A stretch of 63,133 nt of DNA, counting the filler, from Octopus bimaculoides (lineage: Eukaryota): NCBI RefSeq assembly GCF_001194135.2. It is 6 parts of 5 records of this genome, joined end to end, with 100 filler letters (N's around TTAATTAATTAA, not from the genome) between each part and the next. Parts side by side here need not be neighbours in the genome. Positions count along the whole stretch, not along the records: positions 1 to 14,652 come from NC_068997.1; 5 more parts are not named here. The stretch is one strand, 5' to 3'. The position numbers and the translations under genes are program-made. Of this stretch, positions 1-12,633 are shown in pieces (position 1 is the stretch's first letter; every line of letters begins with the position of its first letter). The notes under the pieces were generated by a model. It was not told where the DNA came from, did not search any database, and worked only from the letters and a program-made list of their open reading frames with translations.

Positions 1-34
1 AAACAAAATTGTTTTACATATGCATAAGCAAACG

Positions 35-85
<51 letters not shown>

Positions 86-199
86 TTTCCCACACACGCG
101 CACACATACAAACACGCACATAAGTAAAAGGCTTTATCAAAGATGAATTAAAGCCTTACCTTAAAATTCGTGATTGATGAGTTTTTTTTTTATTTCATT

Positions 200-420
200 A
201 CTTCGTGTATGTGTGTCTTTGTGTTTGTGTTTGCCCGTCTTCTAATGCTTGACGGCCGGTGTTGGTTTGTTTAAAATGCCGTAAATAGAGGTTCAGCAAA
301 AGAGACCGATAGGATAGGTACCAAGCTTGAAATAAATAAATAAACATTGTGATTTTAGTGCTCGTGAATGTGGTGCCCCAGCGCGACTGCAGTCCAGTGA
401 ATGAAACAAGTAAAGGTTAG
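200..420 (+). mobile_element. SINE family B, 3' part
   Basis: gtttgtgtttg...cttgacggccggtgttgg...aaagagaccgatag...ggtgccccagc...tgaaacaagtaaag. Confidence 0.65.
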
Positions 421-617
421 AGGATTCGTATATTTAGTGAAATAAAGTACATGTAATATTGTACAAATTTTAAAGTAAGGTTTTTAATCAAGTCTGAAAA
501 TAACTACGATTTGGTTAGATACAGAACGACAAACTTATTCATCCAATCGTCGAGCTGCTACGTAAGACTTCGAATTCCATTGAATCTGTATCTGTCAATC
601 TATTAATCAATCAATCA

Positions 618-668
<51 letters not shown>

Positions 669-679
669 CGTCTGTCTGC

Positions 680-734
<55 letters not shown>

Positions 735-1384
735 GGAGAGTATTGTTGTAATATGTGATACGATAAAAACTGTCGCATTTTGAATCACTTTTCTACTTTT
801 CTCCCCCCTCTCTCTCTCTATATATATATATACATATATATATAGATATAAAGAAAGAGAAAGATAGAAATATATATATATATATATATATGTAAACATA
901 TATATATATATGGGAGAATGTACGAAAAAAACAACAACAGACGAGGACAGGTGGTGTAAACAACAAAAGGATGTATTAGTTTGACGCTCGGGAATACAGA
1001 AAGTCTTTAACGTTTCGAGCTACGCTCTTCAACAGAAAGAATACGGAGAAAACAAGGAGAAAAACATGGAGAAAAAAAATTGAATGGTGTTTGGTCAAAG
1101 ATTAATCATGTATACAAAAACTCGCCGGCACCAGAAAATATTGATACTTTGAAATGTAGAAACAATAACTGTACATTTGAATAGTTAAACACAACTGCAA
1201 TCCGTTGCAATTGCTAGCGAGAAAGTTTCACCACAAATATCAAAATGTTGTGGTTTCATGCCTGATTGAGTACGTTTATGCGTCAATAAATCCCTATTTT
1301 GTACGTATATTTAGCCTGAAATACTGCAATTGTATCGTTTCTCACTCATACGAATGTGTTTGTGGTTAGATAAATGTCCCTTTT

Positions 1385-1680
1385 ATCTTTTACTTGTTTC
1401 AGTCATTTGACTGTGGCCATGCTGGGGCACCGTCTTGAAGGGTATTAGTCGAACAAATTGATCCCAGGACTTTTTAAAGTCTAGTACTTATTCTATCGGC
1501 CTCTTTTGTCGAATCGCTTGGGGAACAAACACAAGCACACACACGCACACATACGACAGGCTTCTTTCAGTTTCCCGCTCTCAAACCCACTCAAAAGGAT
1601 TTAGTCGGCCCGAGGCTATAGTAGAAGACACTTGCCCAAGGTGTAACATTGTGGGACTGAAGTCGGAACCATGTGGTTAA
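1385..1680 (-). mobile_element. SINE family B (tRNA head, CORE-like accttgggcaagt motif, internal microsatellite)
   Basis: Reverse complement of the family B consensus seen at 40480-40870. Confidence 0.8.
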
Positions 1681-2237
1681 ACGCGATCACAGAGTTTTGA
1701 ATTGAGTGAATTATTTTCTTATTTTAAACGATTTTCCACAGACTTCATACACATAATATTCTCTGTTTGATGAGGGACATTATTCATAACAGGCGTTCTT
1801 TTATTATGAATCTGTCTTTCAATGAGTCTCTTTTCCATACTTTCAAATCTGTATAAAATCTGTATTCGAATCTGCATAAACTAAGTTTGTTATATAATTG
1901 TCAGTAGGGATATATATTTCTATAAAAGATTTTCAGTAATGTTATATTTTCTTCTTCAAAGTCTGATTTCTCAACTACAAGGCAAATCGTCTTGAATTTT
2001 GGAAGACATTCATTTGCTTCCTCGAAAAATGTACGTAAGAAACAAGAAAGTTTCCGTAAACTTTGATGTGACAGCCTCATACTAATAACATAACAATGTT
2101 GAGGTTATGAATGATTAGTCATTACTAAATTAATTGCTACAGAACTAGTGTTGTTTTATGTGACAGGGAACGATCATTATGACACTGATATAGATGTCAT
2201 TATCCTACCACATGTCAATATCGAGTCAAAAAATTAA

Positions 2238-2445
2238 AGCGGTTTTCTGGTAAAATCGTTAGTATTCCAGGCAAATGCTTAACGGCATTTCGTCCGTCCT
2301 TACGTTTTGTACTCTAATTACGCCGAGGTCGATTTTGCTTTTCATCATTTCAAAGTCTATGAAATAAATACCAGTTGAGTTCTGGATTCGATCTAATCGA
2401 TTCACTCCCTCACCCGAAATTGCTGACCCTCAACCAAAATCTGGA
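2238..2445 (+). mobile_element. tRNA-derived SINE family A (decayed)
   Basis: Homologous to other family A copies (cgttag...aaatgcttaacggcatttcgtc...gccgaggtcga...tttcatc). Confidence 0.7.
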
Positions 2446-2876
2446 GCTAATATCTCGTCTAAAATTTTCGTAAAAAAACGAACATCTATTATGAACTAAT
2501 TTATAGCTCTTTTAGTCTACCCCTAGAATCTCCTTTGTACGAGTTGGCATATAGTTAGCTATATAATACCATATTTGCATTAATATCTAGAAATGGCTGC
2601 TGTTTTCCAAGAACAAATTAAATACATACGCACCTCGCAAATCCACACAGTAAATGGTACAGTGAAGATTTGTAAAATATTCGAGATATCCTTCATTTCG
2701 ATTGCCTGAAATGAACATATTATACATACGATCAAATGTGCATGTCGCATAAACATATGAATACATACGTAAAGTGTAAGTACATACGTTGTAAATTAAA
2801 GAGACATGTAAACTAGTTATGTGAGTGCGGCTAAATCTGATTTTAACGTGTATATATTTACATGTGTGCTAATGTG

Positions 2877-3090
2877 GCCAGGTAGCAGAATCGTTAGCAC
2901 ACCGGGAAAAATGCCTGCCAGCATTTCATCTGTCTTCACGTTCTGAGTTCAATTTTTGCTGAGGTCTACTTTGCCCTTCATCATTTTAGGGTCGATAAAA
3001 TAAGTGCCGGTTGAACACTGGGATCATTTTTAATCGACTTAGCCCCCTCCCTCCATGTTGCTGTCTTTGTGCCAAAATTTGAAATCAATT
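2877..3090 (+). mobile_element. SINE family A
   Basis: gcagaatcgttagcac...ttctgagttcaa...gggtcgataaaataagt. Confidence 0.75.
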
Positions 3091-3819
3091 TACATGCATG
3101 CTCATAAATCACTGGCTTTGACCCCTCCTCTTTAAAAAGATATAACCAACTTTGATTTCTTGGCAGAATGCATAGATACATACATACATACATACATACG
3201 TCCGCCCATCCATCCATCCATACATACATACGTACATACATACAAGCATACATACAAGCATACATGCATACATACATACATACATACATACGTTTCATTT
3301 CTCCGCAATAAACCTCTTCAACAAGGTGTTTATCTAGCGATTAAAACATAGTCTCAATATGTTCTGATTGATAAGGGAATCCTAATACTTTCTTTATCTG
3401 TACAGATTAAATACAGTCAACATATTACATATCATGCTAAGTTTATTTCAAGTTATTTACGTTGTCAGTTACTATTGGTTGTTGTTGTTGCTGTTTATTA
3501 TGATTATTGTTACTGTTTTTGTAGTTGTAATTGTTGTTGCTCTTGGTACAGTTGCTGTTTTTGTTTTTCTTTTCCCTTTTGGTATATTCCAAAATTTTCC
3601 TTGTTTCTTCGTTATTATTCTAACACAAAATGCTTTATCGGCGAGCTTTCTAGATTTCACATTACTTTGAACTTCTCTGTTTTGTGGTTAATGCTGTTTT
3701 TTTTTCTTTTCTTTTTTGTTGATGTTAATAATGCTGTAGCTGATAATGTAGTTGATGTTGATAATGTTGTTGTTCAATGCCAGCTCTGTACCGATTGGAT
3801 AAACCTACAATGCGAAGCA

Positions 3820-4038
3820 TTCCTACCGTAATTATCCTTTCTATTAAAAGCACAAGGTCTGAAATTTGCGGGGAGGAGGTAAGGTCGATTACATCAACCC
3901 CAGTGCGTAACTAGTACTTATTTAATCGCCCCCGAAAGGATGAAAGCTAAAGTCAACCTCGGCGGAATTTGAACTCAGAACACAGACGAAATACCGCTAA
4001 GCATTTTGCCCGGCGTCTTAACGATTCTGCCAGCTCCC
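3820..4038 (-). mobile_element. SINE family A
   Basis: Reverse complement of the family A body: cccgaaaggatgaaag...ctcggcggaatttgaactcagaac. Confidence 0.8.
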
Positions 4039-4199
4039 ATAATCGATTCCTACCGTGATAATGTTATCGTCATTTTCTATCGATAATTGGTGGCGAACTG
4101 GCAGGATCGTTAGCGCGCCGGATTAAATGCTTAACACTATTTTTCTGTATCCTAACGTCTTGAGTTCAAATGCTTTCAAATGCTTTACTTATCAACATC

Positions 4200-4292
4200 A
4201 CCTATTCCTATGGAAGGTACAATTTGCAATCTTCGAAACATATGTTGGAAATAAAAGAATTCATTTAACATATGCGTTTTACTCCATTTACT
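4200..4292 (+). repeat. Dispersed repeat related to the PLE 3' end (copy 1)
   Basis: About 90 bp nearly identical to 25975-26066, and similar to 37550-37605 (gaaacatatgt.ggaa.taaa.gaa...tatgcgtttt.ctcc). Confidence 0.8.
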
Positions 4293-5814
4293 AAATGTGT
4301 ATATATATATATATNNNNNNNNNNNNNNNNNNNNNNNNNNNNNNNNNNNNNNNNNATGTATATGGGGAAGAGAGAGAGCCAAACAGAAAACATGTATTGT
4401 ATAGATGCGCACGCACGAACACATACATACACAGTGAAGGGTTATTCAGACTGAATGGAGGGAGGGTAGCTGTTAGATGTAATTGCGATCTGGTAGGTTG
4501 TTAGAGATCTAAAATAATAAATATCGCTTTACTGGAGATATTGACTGCTTTTCACTTTGTAAGTACAATTAATTGCAAAGGGAATAAATGCCTACAAACG
4601 ATTCTGGCAAACACCAACTCACAACAAGCAACCACAAAAAGTAACATACAAGAACGGGAATGCATAGGCAGTCGTATAATTGCGAATGTNNNNNNNNNNN
4701 NNNNNNNNNNNNNNNNNNNNNNNNNNNNNNNNNNNNNNNNNNNNNNNNNNNNNNNNNNNNNNNNNNNNNNNNNNNNNNNNNNNNNNNNNNNNNNNNNNNN
4801 NNNNNNNNNNNNNNNNNNNNNNNNNNNNNNNNNNNNNNNNNNNNNNNNNNNNNNNNNNNNNNNNNNNNNNNNNNNNNNNNNNNNNNNNNNNNNNNNNNNN
4901 NNNNNNNNNNNNNNNNNNNNNNNNNNNNNNNNNNNNNNNNNNNNNNNNNNNNNNNNNNNNNNNNNNNNNNNNNNNNNNNNNNNNNNNNNNNNNNNNNNNN
5001 NNNNNNNNNNNNNNNNNNNNNNNNNNNNNNNNNNNNNNNNNNNNNNNNNNNNNNNNNNNNNNNNNNNNNNNNNNNNNNNNNNNNNNNNNNNNNNNNNNNN
5101 NNNNNNNNNNNNNNNNNNNNNNNNNNNNNNNNNNNNNNNNNNNNNNNNNNNNNNNNNNNNNNNNNNNNNNNNNNNNNNNNNNNNNNNNNNNNNNNNNNNN
5201 NNNNNNNNNNNNNNNNNNNNNNNNNNNNNNNNNNNNNNNNNNNNNNNNNNNNNNNNNNNNNNNNNNNNNNNNNNNNNNNNNNNNNNNNNNNNNNNNNNNN
5301 NNNNNNNNNNNNNNNNNNNNNNNNNNNNNNNNNNNNNNNNNNNNNNNNNNNNNNNNNNNNNNNNNNNNNNNNNNNNNNNNNNNNNNNNNNNNNNNNNNNN
5401 NNNNNNNNNNNNNNNNNNNNNNNNTCTCTCTCTGTTCCCCCTCTCTCTTTCTCTCTCTCTTTCTGTCCCCCCCTCTCTCTCTGCTGCCTTCTTTTTGGCT
5501 ACCTCCGCATCGTACACTTTCAGCCGAATACAGACGTGATGATTACAGGAAATTCATTGACGCGCATGAACGGCGGCCTTCACAGATACACACATGTATA
5601 CCCATCACACACACACATACACTCGTACACACACACCTATATTCATACAACACACTCTTTACACATTTCACTCTAACGTTATTATGCAATTCATTCATAA
5701 AATGCTGACCAGACAGCACGATATTTTTTAATGAATGCAATTACATACGCATTCGTAAGAACACGTAAGCGTGTAAGCAGACATAAACATGAATACGCGC
5801 ACGTAACTGTATGT

Positions 5815-6048
5815 TTTATCGTCTATTAGTTTCAGTCATTTGACTGCGGCCATGCTGGAACTCCGCCTTCAAAGGTTTTACTGGAACGAATCTTCCCCAG
5901 GATGTAATTTTTTTTTGTTTTTTTTTGTTTGTTTGTTTAAGCCTGGTATTAATTCTATAGGTCACTTTTGCTGAACCGCTAGCTTACGGGGACGTAAACA
6001 CACTTACAACGGTTGTCAAGTAGTATTGGGGCAGAAACACAGATTCAC
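5815..6048 (-). mobile_element. SINE family B, 3' part
   Basis: tttcagtcatttgactgcggccatgctgg...ggggacgtaaaca...ggttgtcaag. Confidence 0.75.
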
Positions 6049-6801
6049 NNNNNNNNNNNNNNNNNNNNNNNNNNNNNNNNNNNNNNNNNNNNNNNNNNNN
6101 NNNNNNNNNNNNNNNNNNNNNNNNNNNNNNNNNNNNNNNNNNNNNNNNNNNNNNNNNNNNNNNNNNNNNNNNNNNNNNNNNNNNNNNNNNNNNNNNNNNN
6201 NNNNNNNNNNNNNNNNNNNNNNNNNNNNNNNNNNNNNNNNNNNNNNNNNNNNNNNNNNNNNNNNNNNNNNNNNNNNNNNNNNNNNNNNNNNNNNNNNNNN
6301 NNNNNNNNNNNNNNNNNNNNNNNNNNNNNNNNNNNNNNNNNNNNNNNNNNNNNNNNNNNNNNNNNNNNNNNNNNNNNNNNNNNNNNNNNNNNNNNNNNNN
6401 NNNNNNNNNNNNNNNNNNNNNNNNNNNNNNNNNNNNNNNNNNNNNNNNNNNNNNNNNNNNNNNNNNNNNNNNNNNNNNNNNNNNNNNNNNNNNNNNNNNN
6501 NNNNNNNNNNNNNNNNNNNNNNNNNNNNNNNNNNNNNNNNNNNNNNNNNNNNNNNNNNNNNNNNNNNNNNNNNNNNNNNNNNNNNNNNNNNNNNNNNNNN
6601 NNNNNNNNNNNNNNNNNNNNNNNNNNNNNNNNNNNNNNNNNNNNNNNNNNNNNNNNNNNNNNNNNNNNNNNNNNNNNNNNNNNNNNNNNNNNNNNNNNNN
6701 NNNNNNNNNNNNNNNNNNNNNNNNNNNNNNNNNNNNNNNNNNNNNNNNNNNNNNNNNNNNNNNNNNNNNNNNNNNNNNNNNNNNNNNNNNNNNNNNNNNN
6801 N

Positions 6802-6977
6802 ATACAGGGATTAGCATGAGTTGCTTCTCCAACATACTGAAAATTTAGAAATAGCAGTCAAAGAACTACTAATTCGAAACTACAAATTTTTTTCTCTAGT
6901 TTGGAATCAGTAGTTCTTTGACTGCTATTTCTAAATTTTCAGTATGTTGGAGAAGCAACTCATGCTAATCCCTGTAT
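6802..6977. repeat. Near-perfect foldback palindrome (81-bp arms, 14-nt loop), MITE-like
   Basis: Arm 6802-6882 is the reverse complement of 6897-6977, with 2 mismatches seen near the loop. The left end abuts an N gap, so the arms may be longer. Confidence 0.9.
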
Positions 6978-7182
6978 ATTTATGATTATAAATGGTTTTA
7001 CCGATAGAGGTTTTTTCATACTGGCAAAATTGTTAATTATTAATTTTATTACTAATTGACGATTCCCTGCCCTATATCTGTATATATATATATATACACA
7101 CATACACGTAAGTACCTGAACACACTCATCTGTTCCTAAACAAGTACATTTAAGTATACTTGCGTCTGTGTGTTTGTATCTA

Positions 7183-7213
<31 letters not shown>

Positions 7214-7635
7214 TTTTGTGTGTATAAATATATTATGCACTCACAAACTCATAAACTGTAGCAGAAATATTTGCATACGTCTAAATTATATACGCAAAAT
7301 AACACAATTAATTAATAGACAGAAATGGAAAACAAGGAAGTTTCGAAATACACAACTCAACCGTTATGGTGTGTATATATCTATATATATTCTCAGAAAC
7401 GTACATGCGTATATACTTACATACATACAGTCGCTCACATGTCACTATTACAGCGAATCTGTAGGTCGTATTTTTCCGTTAAAACATATAAAAACACCTG
7501 TTTCGCAGGCTGTTGATAAAATGTAACATAAATTAAAATCAAAGCTGTCAAAACAACAAATGTAATTCATATGACATTGTGTATGCACATGTACACATTA
7601 ATTGTCTGAGGATACATGATATATGTATGTTTGTT

Positions 7636-7731
<96 letters not shown>

Positions 7732-8137
7732 GTCTCTCTTTCTCTCTGTCCCAAACATAAATATATGCATATATAAGTCTATATTTATATACATCTGCAT
7801 ATGTGTTTGTGTGTGTGTGTGTGCGTGTATATATATGTATATATATATATTAATATTTAACAGAAATAACAGTGGATCAAGGTCCAAGAGTTTCGTGTGT
7901 TGGCACTTCCCAAACTTTTGTGACAAGTGCCAACGCACGAAACTCTTCGATATTGAGTCACTCTGTTACTTCTGCTAAGTATTAATAAAAATATACACAT
8001 ACTCATTTTTCAGTTCTATTTTTTCCCGTTTTGCACCAACATAACTCCCCCCCCCTCTCTCTCTCTCTCTCCCTCTCTCTCGCTCTCTCTCTATCTCACA
8101 CCATGCATCCATATATATAATGCATGTATGCATATCG

Positions 8138-8199
<62 letters not shown>

Positions 8200-9858
8200 A
8201 AATTGATAGCTAGCTAGATAGATCTGCATACTCACACACAAATTCGTGTGTATGTATGTATGTATGTATTTGCTTAATCTGTCTTTTTCTCGCATTGATT
8301 TCAAGCAATATTTAAACGTCTTGTTTCGTTATTGACAAAATATTAAAAAGACATTCACACAAACATATAAATTGGTCGTAAGACATAGTTTGGTAAACAA
8401 TAACAGAGATATTTAAATGTGTGCAGGCAAGAAATGAAGTTGTAAACTAGGTTATACGGACACACAGACGCACATATGTGCATCCACACAAGCAGACAGG
8501 CAAACGCATACGCGAACTCTGTCTTAAAACCTTTAGTGTGTCGTAGTCATTTACAGTGAAAAGCATGGTGAAACCCATGGTAGCTCTATTTTATACGGCG
8601 TCTTGTCTATTTTAGTGTATGTATGTATGTATGTATGTATGTATGTATGAAATATATGGATGTATGCATACATTGATGCATGCACGTGTATGTGTGTGTG
8701 TCTGTGTAGAGAGAGAAAGAGAGAGAGATGGATCGATATACGCATATATATATATATATATGTTGTATGTTTGCATGTTTTTGTATGTTTCTGTGCTTTC
8801 GTGTATAGTGTGTGTATGTGTATGCGTGCGTGTGTGTGTGTGTGTCCGTGTCCGTTAGAACATTGTGGGCATTCATTAAATATTATAATATACTTTTATT
8901 TTTATATTTTGTTTATTTTATTTTGGGAGAGAGTAAAAGAGCGAGAGCGATAGAACATAGGTACGATTTCTATTATTTCTTTTGTTGAACTTCATTTCTC
9001 AGATTTGCAAAAGTCAATGTTGCTGTGCTTTCTTCCAATCTATAGAAATGCAAAGCAATGCAATGGCAGATACGTTCGGTAGGTGCGTTAGCTTTACTTC
9101 ACTTTAAACACACATAAAACAGATTATATACGCACTATTTTATGGGTGTATCAAAGACCATTTTTAATTATGCTATTGAGGTGGAATAAGTTATTTTCCA
9201 TAAAACTTACTTCAACTCAGTTAGTAACAGTCATTTTCGATGTCATAGTAAATAACATTTATTTGTGATTTACAAGAATTATTACTGCTTTTATGATTTA
9301 GATTCTTTAAGGTAATGACTGTTACCTGTCATTCAAGATACATTCTTTAGGTGCGAACACAGCATGGACATTTTATAAGTTTATGTGAGAAAAGGACATG
9401 TATGAATGTAAGAATGCGTACTGTATGGGAGCATGTATGTAGTTAAGAACGGATGAGATTATTTTGCTGTTACGTTTGTGGGCATATATAATATATATGT
9501 ATTTGTTTGCCTGTGTGTGTGTGTTTGCTTGTACGTATATGTAAGAATTTATAGATACATATATTATATTATATTTTAGGGTAACGAAAAGTAATGTCGT
9601 ATTTTGAAGCTAACAGAAATTGAAGAGGGTCCGCTTCAAGGTATTGCAGAGTTGCCCAGGTGGCTTAATACCCTTTGGTCCATTGTACAAGATCATCTGA
9701 AGCAGATTAGGGAACTTTATAGAGAAGGGAAGTGGGTATTTCATGAGCTGTCCCCTGAGAATAGAGCGGTGCGCTCAATAATTTGTAACAATTTGCTAAT
9801 CTGAGAAAAACAAACGCCTTCAAACACACACGCGCACACACACACACACACAAACACA

Positions 9859-9901
<43 letters not shown>

Positions 9902-10367
9902 CGTTTTTCCATTTGGATTACAGATTCTTAGTATGAGATCGAGTGTTGAACCAGATTTTCATTTTTTATTATTTCTGGAAGTTCATTGCACTAATAATAA
10001 ACACCTGTGCTCGTTCAATTTTGCTCCTTTATTATTCGACAATTAGTTAGCTATTTAACAAACTAACTAATGAATTGCTTCGATAATCATTCAATTAATC
10101 AATCATTTAATTGTGTTTATTAAAGAACCTTCGTCGCTACTCATGTCGTATCAAATTACATGTTCTATCAATTCCAAGTCAGCTTCAGGTTTATCTGTTT
10201 AATAGTTTGATCATGCAAACACTCGCTCGCTTATTTGGTTATATGCACTATTGTTATGCAGGAAAAGACATACGGAATCTACTTGACGGACCGTTTCGTG
10301 GTTTTTAGACTACTCTGCAGTGAAGACTCAAACTCGCATTATGGCTTTGTAATACTCACGTTTATTT

Positions 10368-10585
10368 AAGGCGGCGAGCTGGCAGAAACGTTAGCATGTT
10401 GGGCGAAATGCTTAGCGGTATTTCGTCTGTCTTTACGTTCTGAGTTCAAATTCCGCCATGGTCGACATTTCCTTTCATCCTTTCGGGGTCGATAAATTAA
10501 ATATCAATTGCGTACTGGGGTCGACCTAATCGACTGCCTCCATTCCTCAAAATTTCGGAGCTTGTGCCTAGAGTAGAAAGGAATA
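10368..10585 (+). mobile_element. SINE family A (near full length)
   Basis: aaggcggcgagctggcagaaacgttagc (A-box-like), gagttcaaattcc (B-box-like), then cctttcatcctttcggggtcgataaatt. Confidence 0.85.
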
Positions 10586-10864
10586 TGCCACATCCCTATT
10601 TATAGCTTTATACATTTAGGAGTATTTACTATTACGGTCCAAAACCGTTTATCTGGCATCGATGTCTTTGAATTCCAATGTAAAAACATATGCACGCACA
10701 CNNNNNNNNNNCATCGATGTCTTTGAATTCCAATGTAAAAACATATGCACGCACACGCACACACAGAGACTTATATAAACACACACACACAAGTATGAAT
10801 GTGTGTATGCATATATGTATTTGTGCATGTGTGTATGCATGCATGTTTGCCTATAAATATATAT

Positions 10865-11050
10865 TCTTTTCAACTCTAGGCACAAGGCCCGAAAAGTTTG
10901 TGGAGGTGGAGGGCAGTCGATTAGATCGACTCAAGTACGCAACTAGTACTTAATTTATCGACCCCGAAAGGATGAAAGGCAAAGTCAACCTCGGCGGAAT
11001 TTGAGCTCAGAACACGTTGACAGACGAAATTCTGCCAGCCCGTCGCCTTT
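10865..11050 (-). mobile_element. SINE family A
   Basis: Reverse-complement copy with an internal deletion in the head. Confidence 0.8.
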
Positions 11051-11547
11051 AATAATAATAATAATTACGTCAACAATCAGTGCTTTCGTTTTGGGGGTCA
11101 CATAGGCTCCATATACACAGTATGTATTTATGCTTGTGAGTGTGTGTGTGCACGCGCGTGTATTATCTTTCTCTTAAACTTTTAGTCGGTTTCTTTCTCT
11201 CCTTTTGGATGAAGTGTATTGAGCTCAGATCTAAGAGGGAAGTACTCCACCAGGTCTAAACACACCCAACAGGCCGTATATCACGATAGTGTACCTACAA
11301 CTTCACCAAGGAGTTAAGAGTTTATAGCATGGCTTATACATGCACGAGACTCGGATTTTGAGATACTTTTCTAACTTTCTGCCGATTAGAAATAAAAAAG
11401 TTATATATATATATATCTGTNNNNNNNNNNNNNNNNNNNNNNNNNNNNNNNNNNNNNNNNNNNNNNNNNNNNNNNNNNNNNNNNNNNNNNNNNNNNNNNN
11501 NNNNNNNNNNNNNNNNNNNNNNNNNNNNNNNNNNNNNNNNNNNNNNN

Positions 11548-11609
<62 letters not shown>

Positions 11610-11989
11610 TATACATGAGAAGTCTCTAAATTTTCATTACACACCATGAACCACGAAGAATGTTTCGTTTTATCGTTCTAAGTACAAACTGTTGGAGCCC
11701 TTCAAGCTAGAAATATATAACCTATCAACAATGATATACAATTAATGTCACGAGGTACTTAGAGCTGGTGTCTACTTTCGAGGTTCAATGGAAATACCTA
11801 GGGGGGTCCTTTTTTGAAAATGCTGTTGTTGTTGTTGCTATTATTATTATTGTTATTATTATTACTTTTGGTTTATTTTCTGTCCAACTCGTCGTTGAAC
11901 GTGCGATCAAAAAAAGTTTAGTTTGAGAATGGTTTCTTATTGTACTTTTTAGCTATATACGTATATATGCATAGACTCATTATTTGCTT

Positions 11990-12058
<69 letters not shown>

Positions 12059-12590
12059 ATGTGTGTGTGTTTGAAAAACAATTTGAGTTTTGAAATGTCG
12101 TTTTGGTCTGGGGAAAGATATCTATGTCTTAATAAATATTCTAACCATACTCGGAAGACAAAAGAGAGTGACATGGGATATGTGTAACTTTAAATAACCC
12201 TTGTTTTAATGTTAGCCCGCATTTAATACAGATTCTCTATATTCTACGTTCCAATTCTACCTGGAAACATTTTAACACTTATCTTTCTACGGTAGTCAGA
12301 TTTAGATAAGCACAAAGAATACACAGTGGTAAACAACGTCAGATATATACTCTACGTTCTACAAATGGTGGGGATGAGTGTCTTTGCCTAGGTTATTAAT
12401 CAATAATGACATAGACAAGTAGAATTTTAAGTAAACTGTAAATGAATATCATGGGGCGAGAACACATCCTATTGCAAGCAACGGGATCACTGTGTGAGCG
12501 TTTGCATGTACGTATGTATGTATGTATGTATGTATGTATGTATGTATGTATGTATGTATGCATGTATGTATNNNNNNNNNNGTATATATG

Positions 12591-12633
<43 letters not shown>

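Noticed and set aside
10368-10460. tRNA genes
   Set aside because: The A/B-box-like heads continue into SINE bodies and do not form complete cloverleaves.
10657-10756. 45-bp direct repeat flanking a 10-N gap
   Set aside because: Identical sequence either side of a minimal gap is typical of an unmerged contig overlap.
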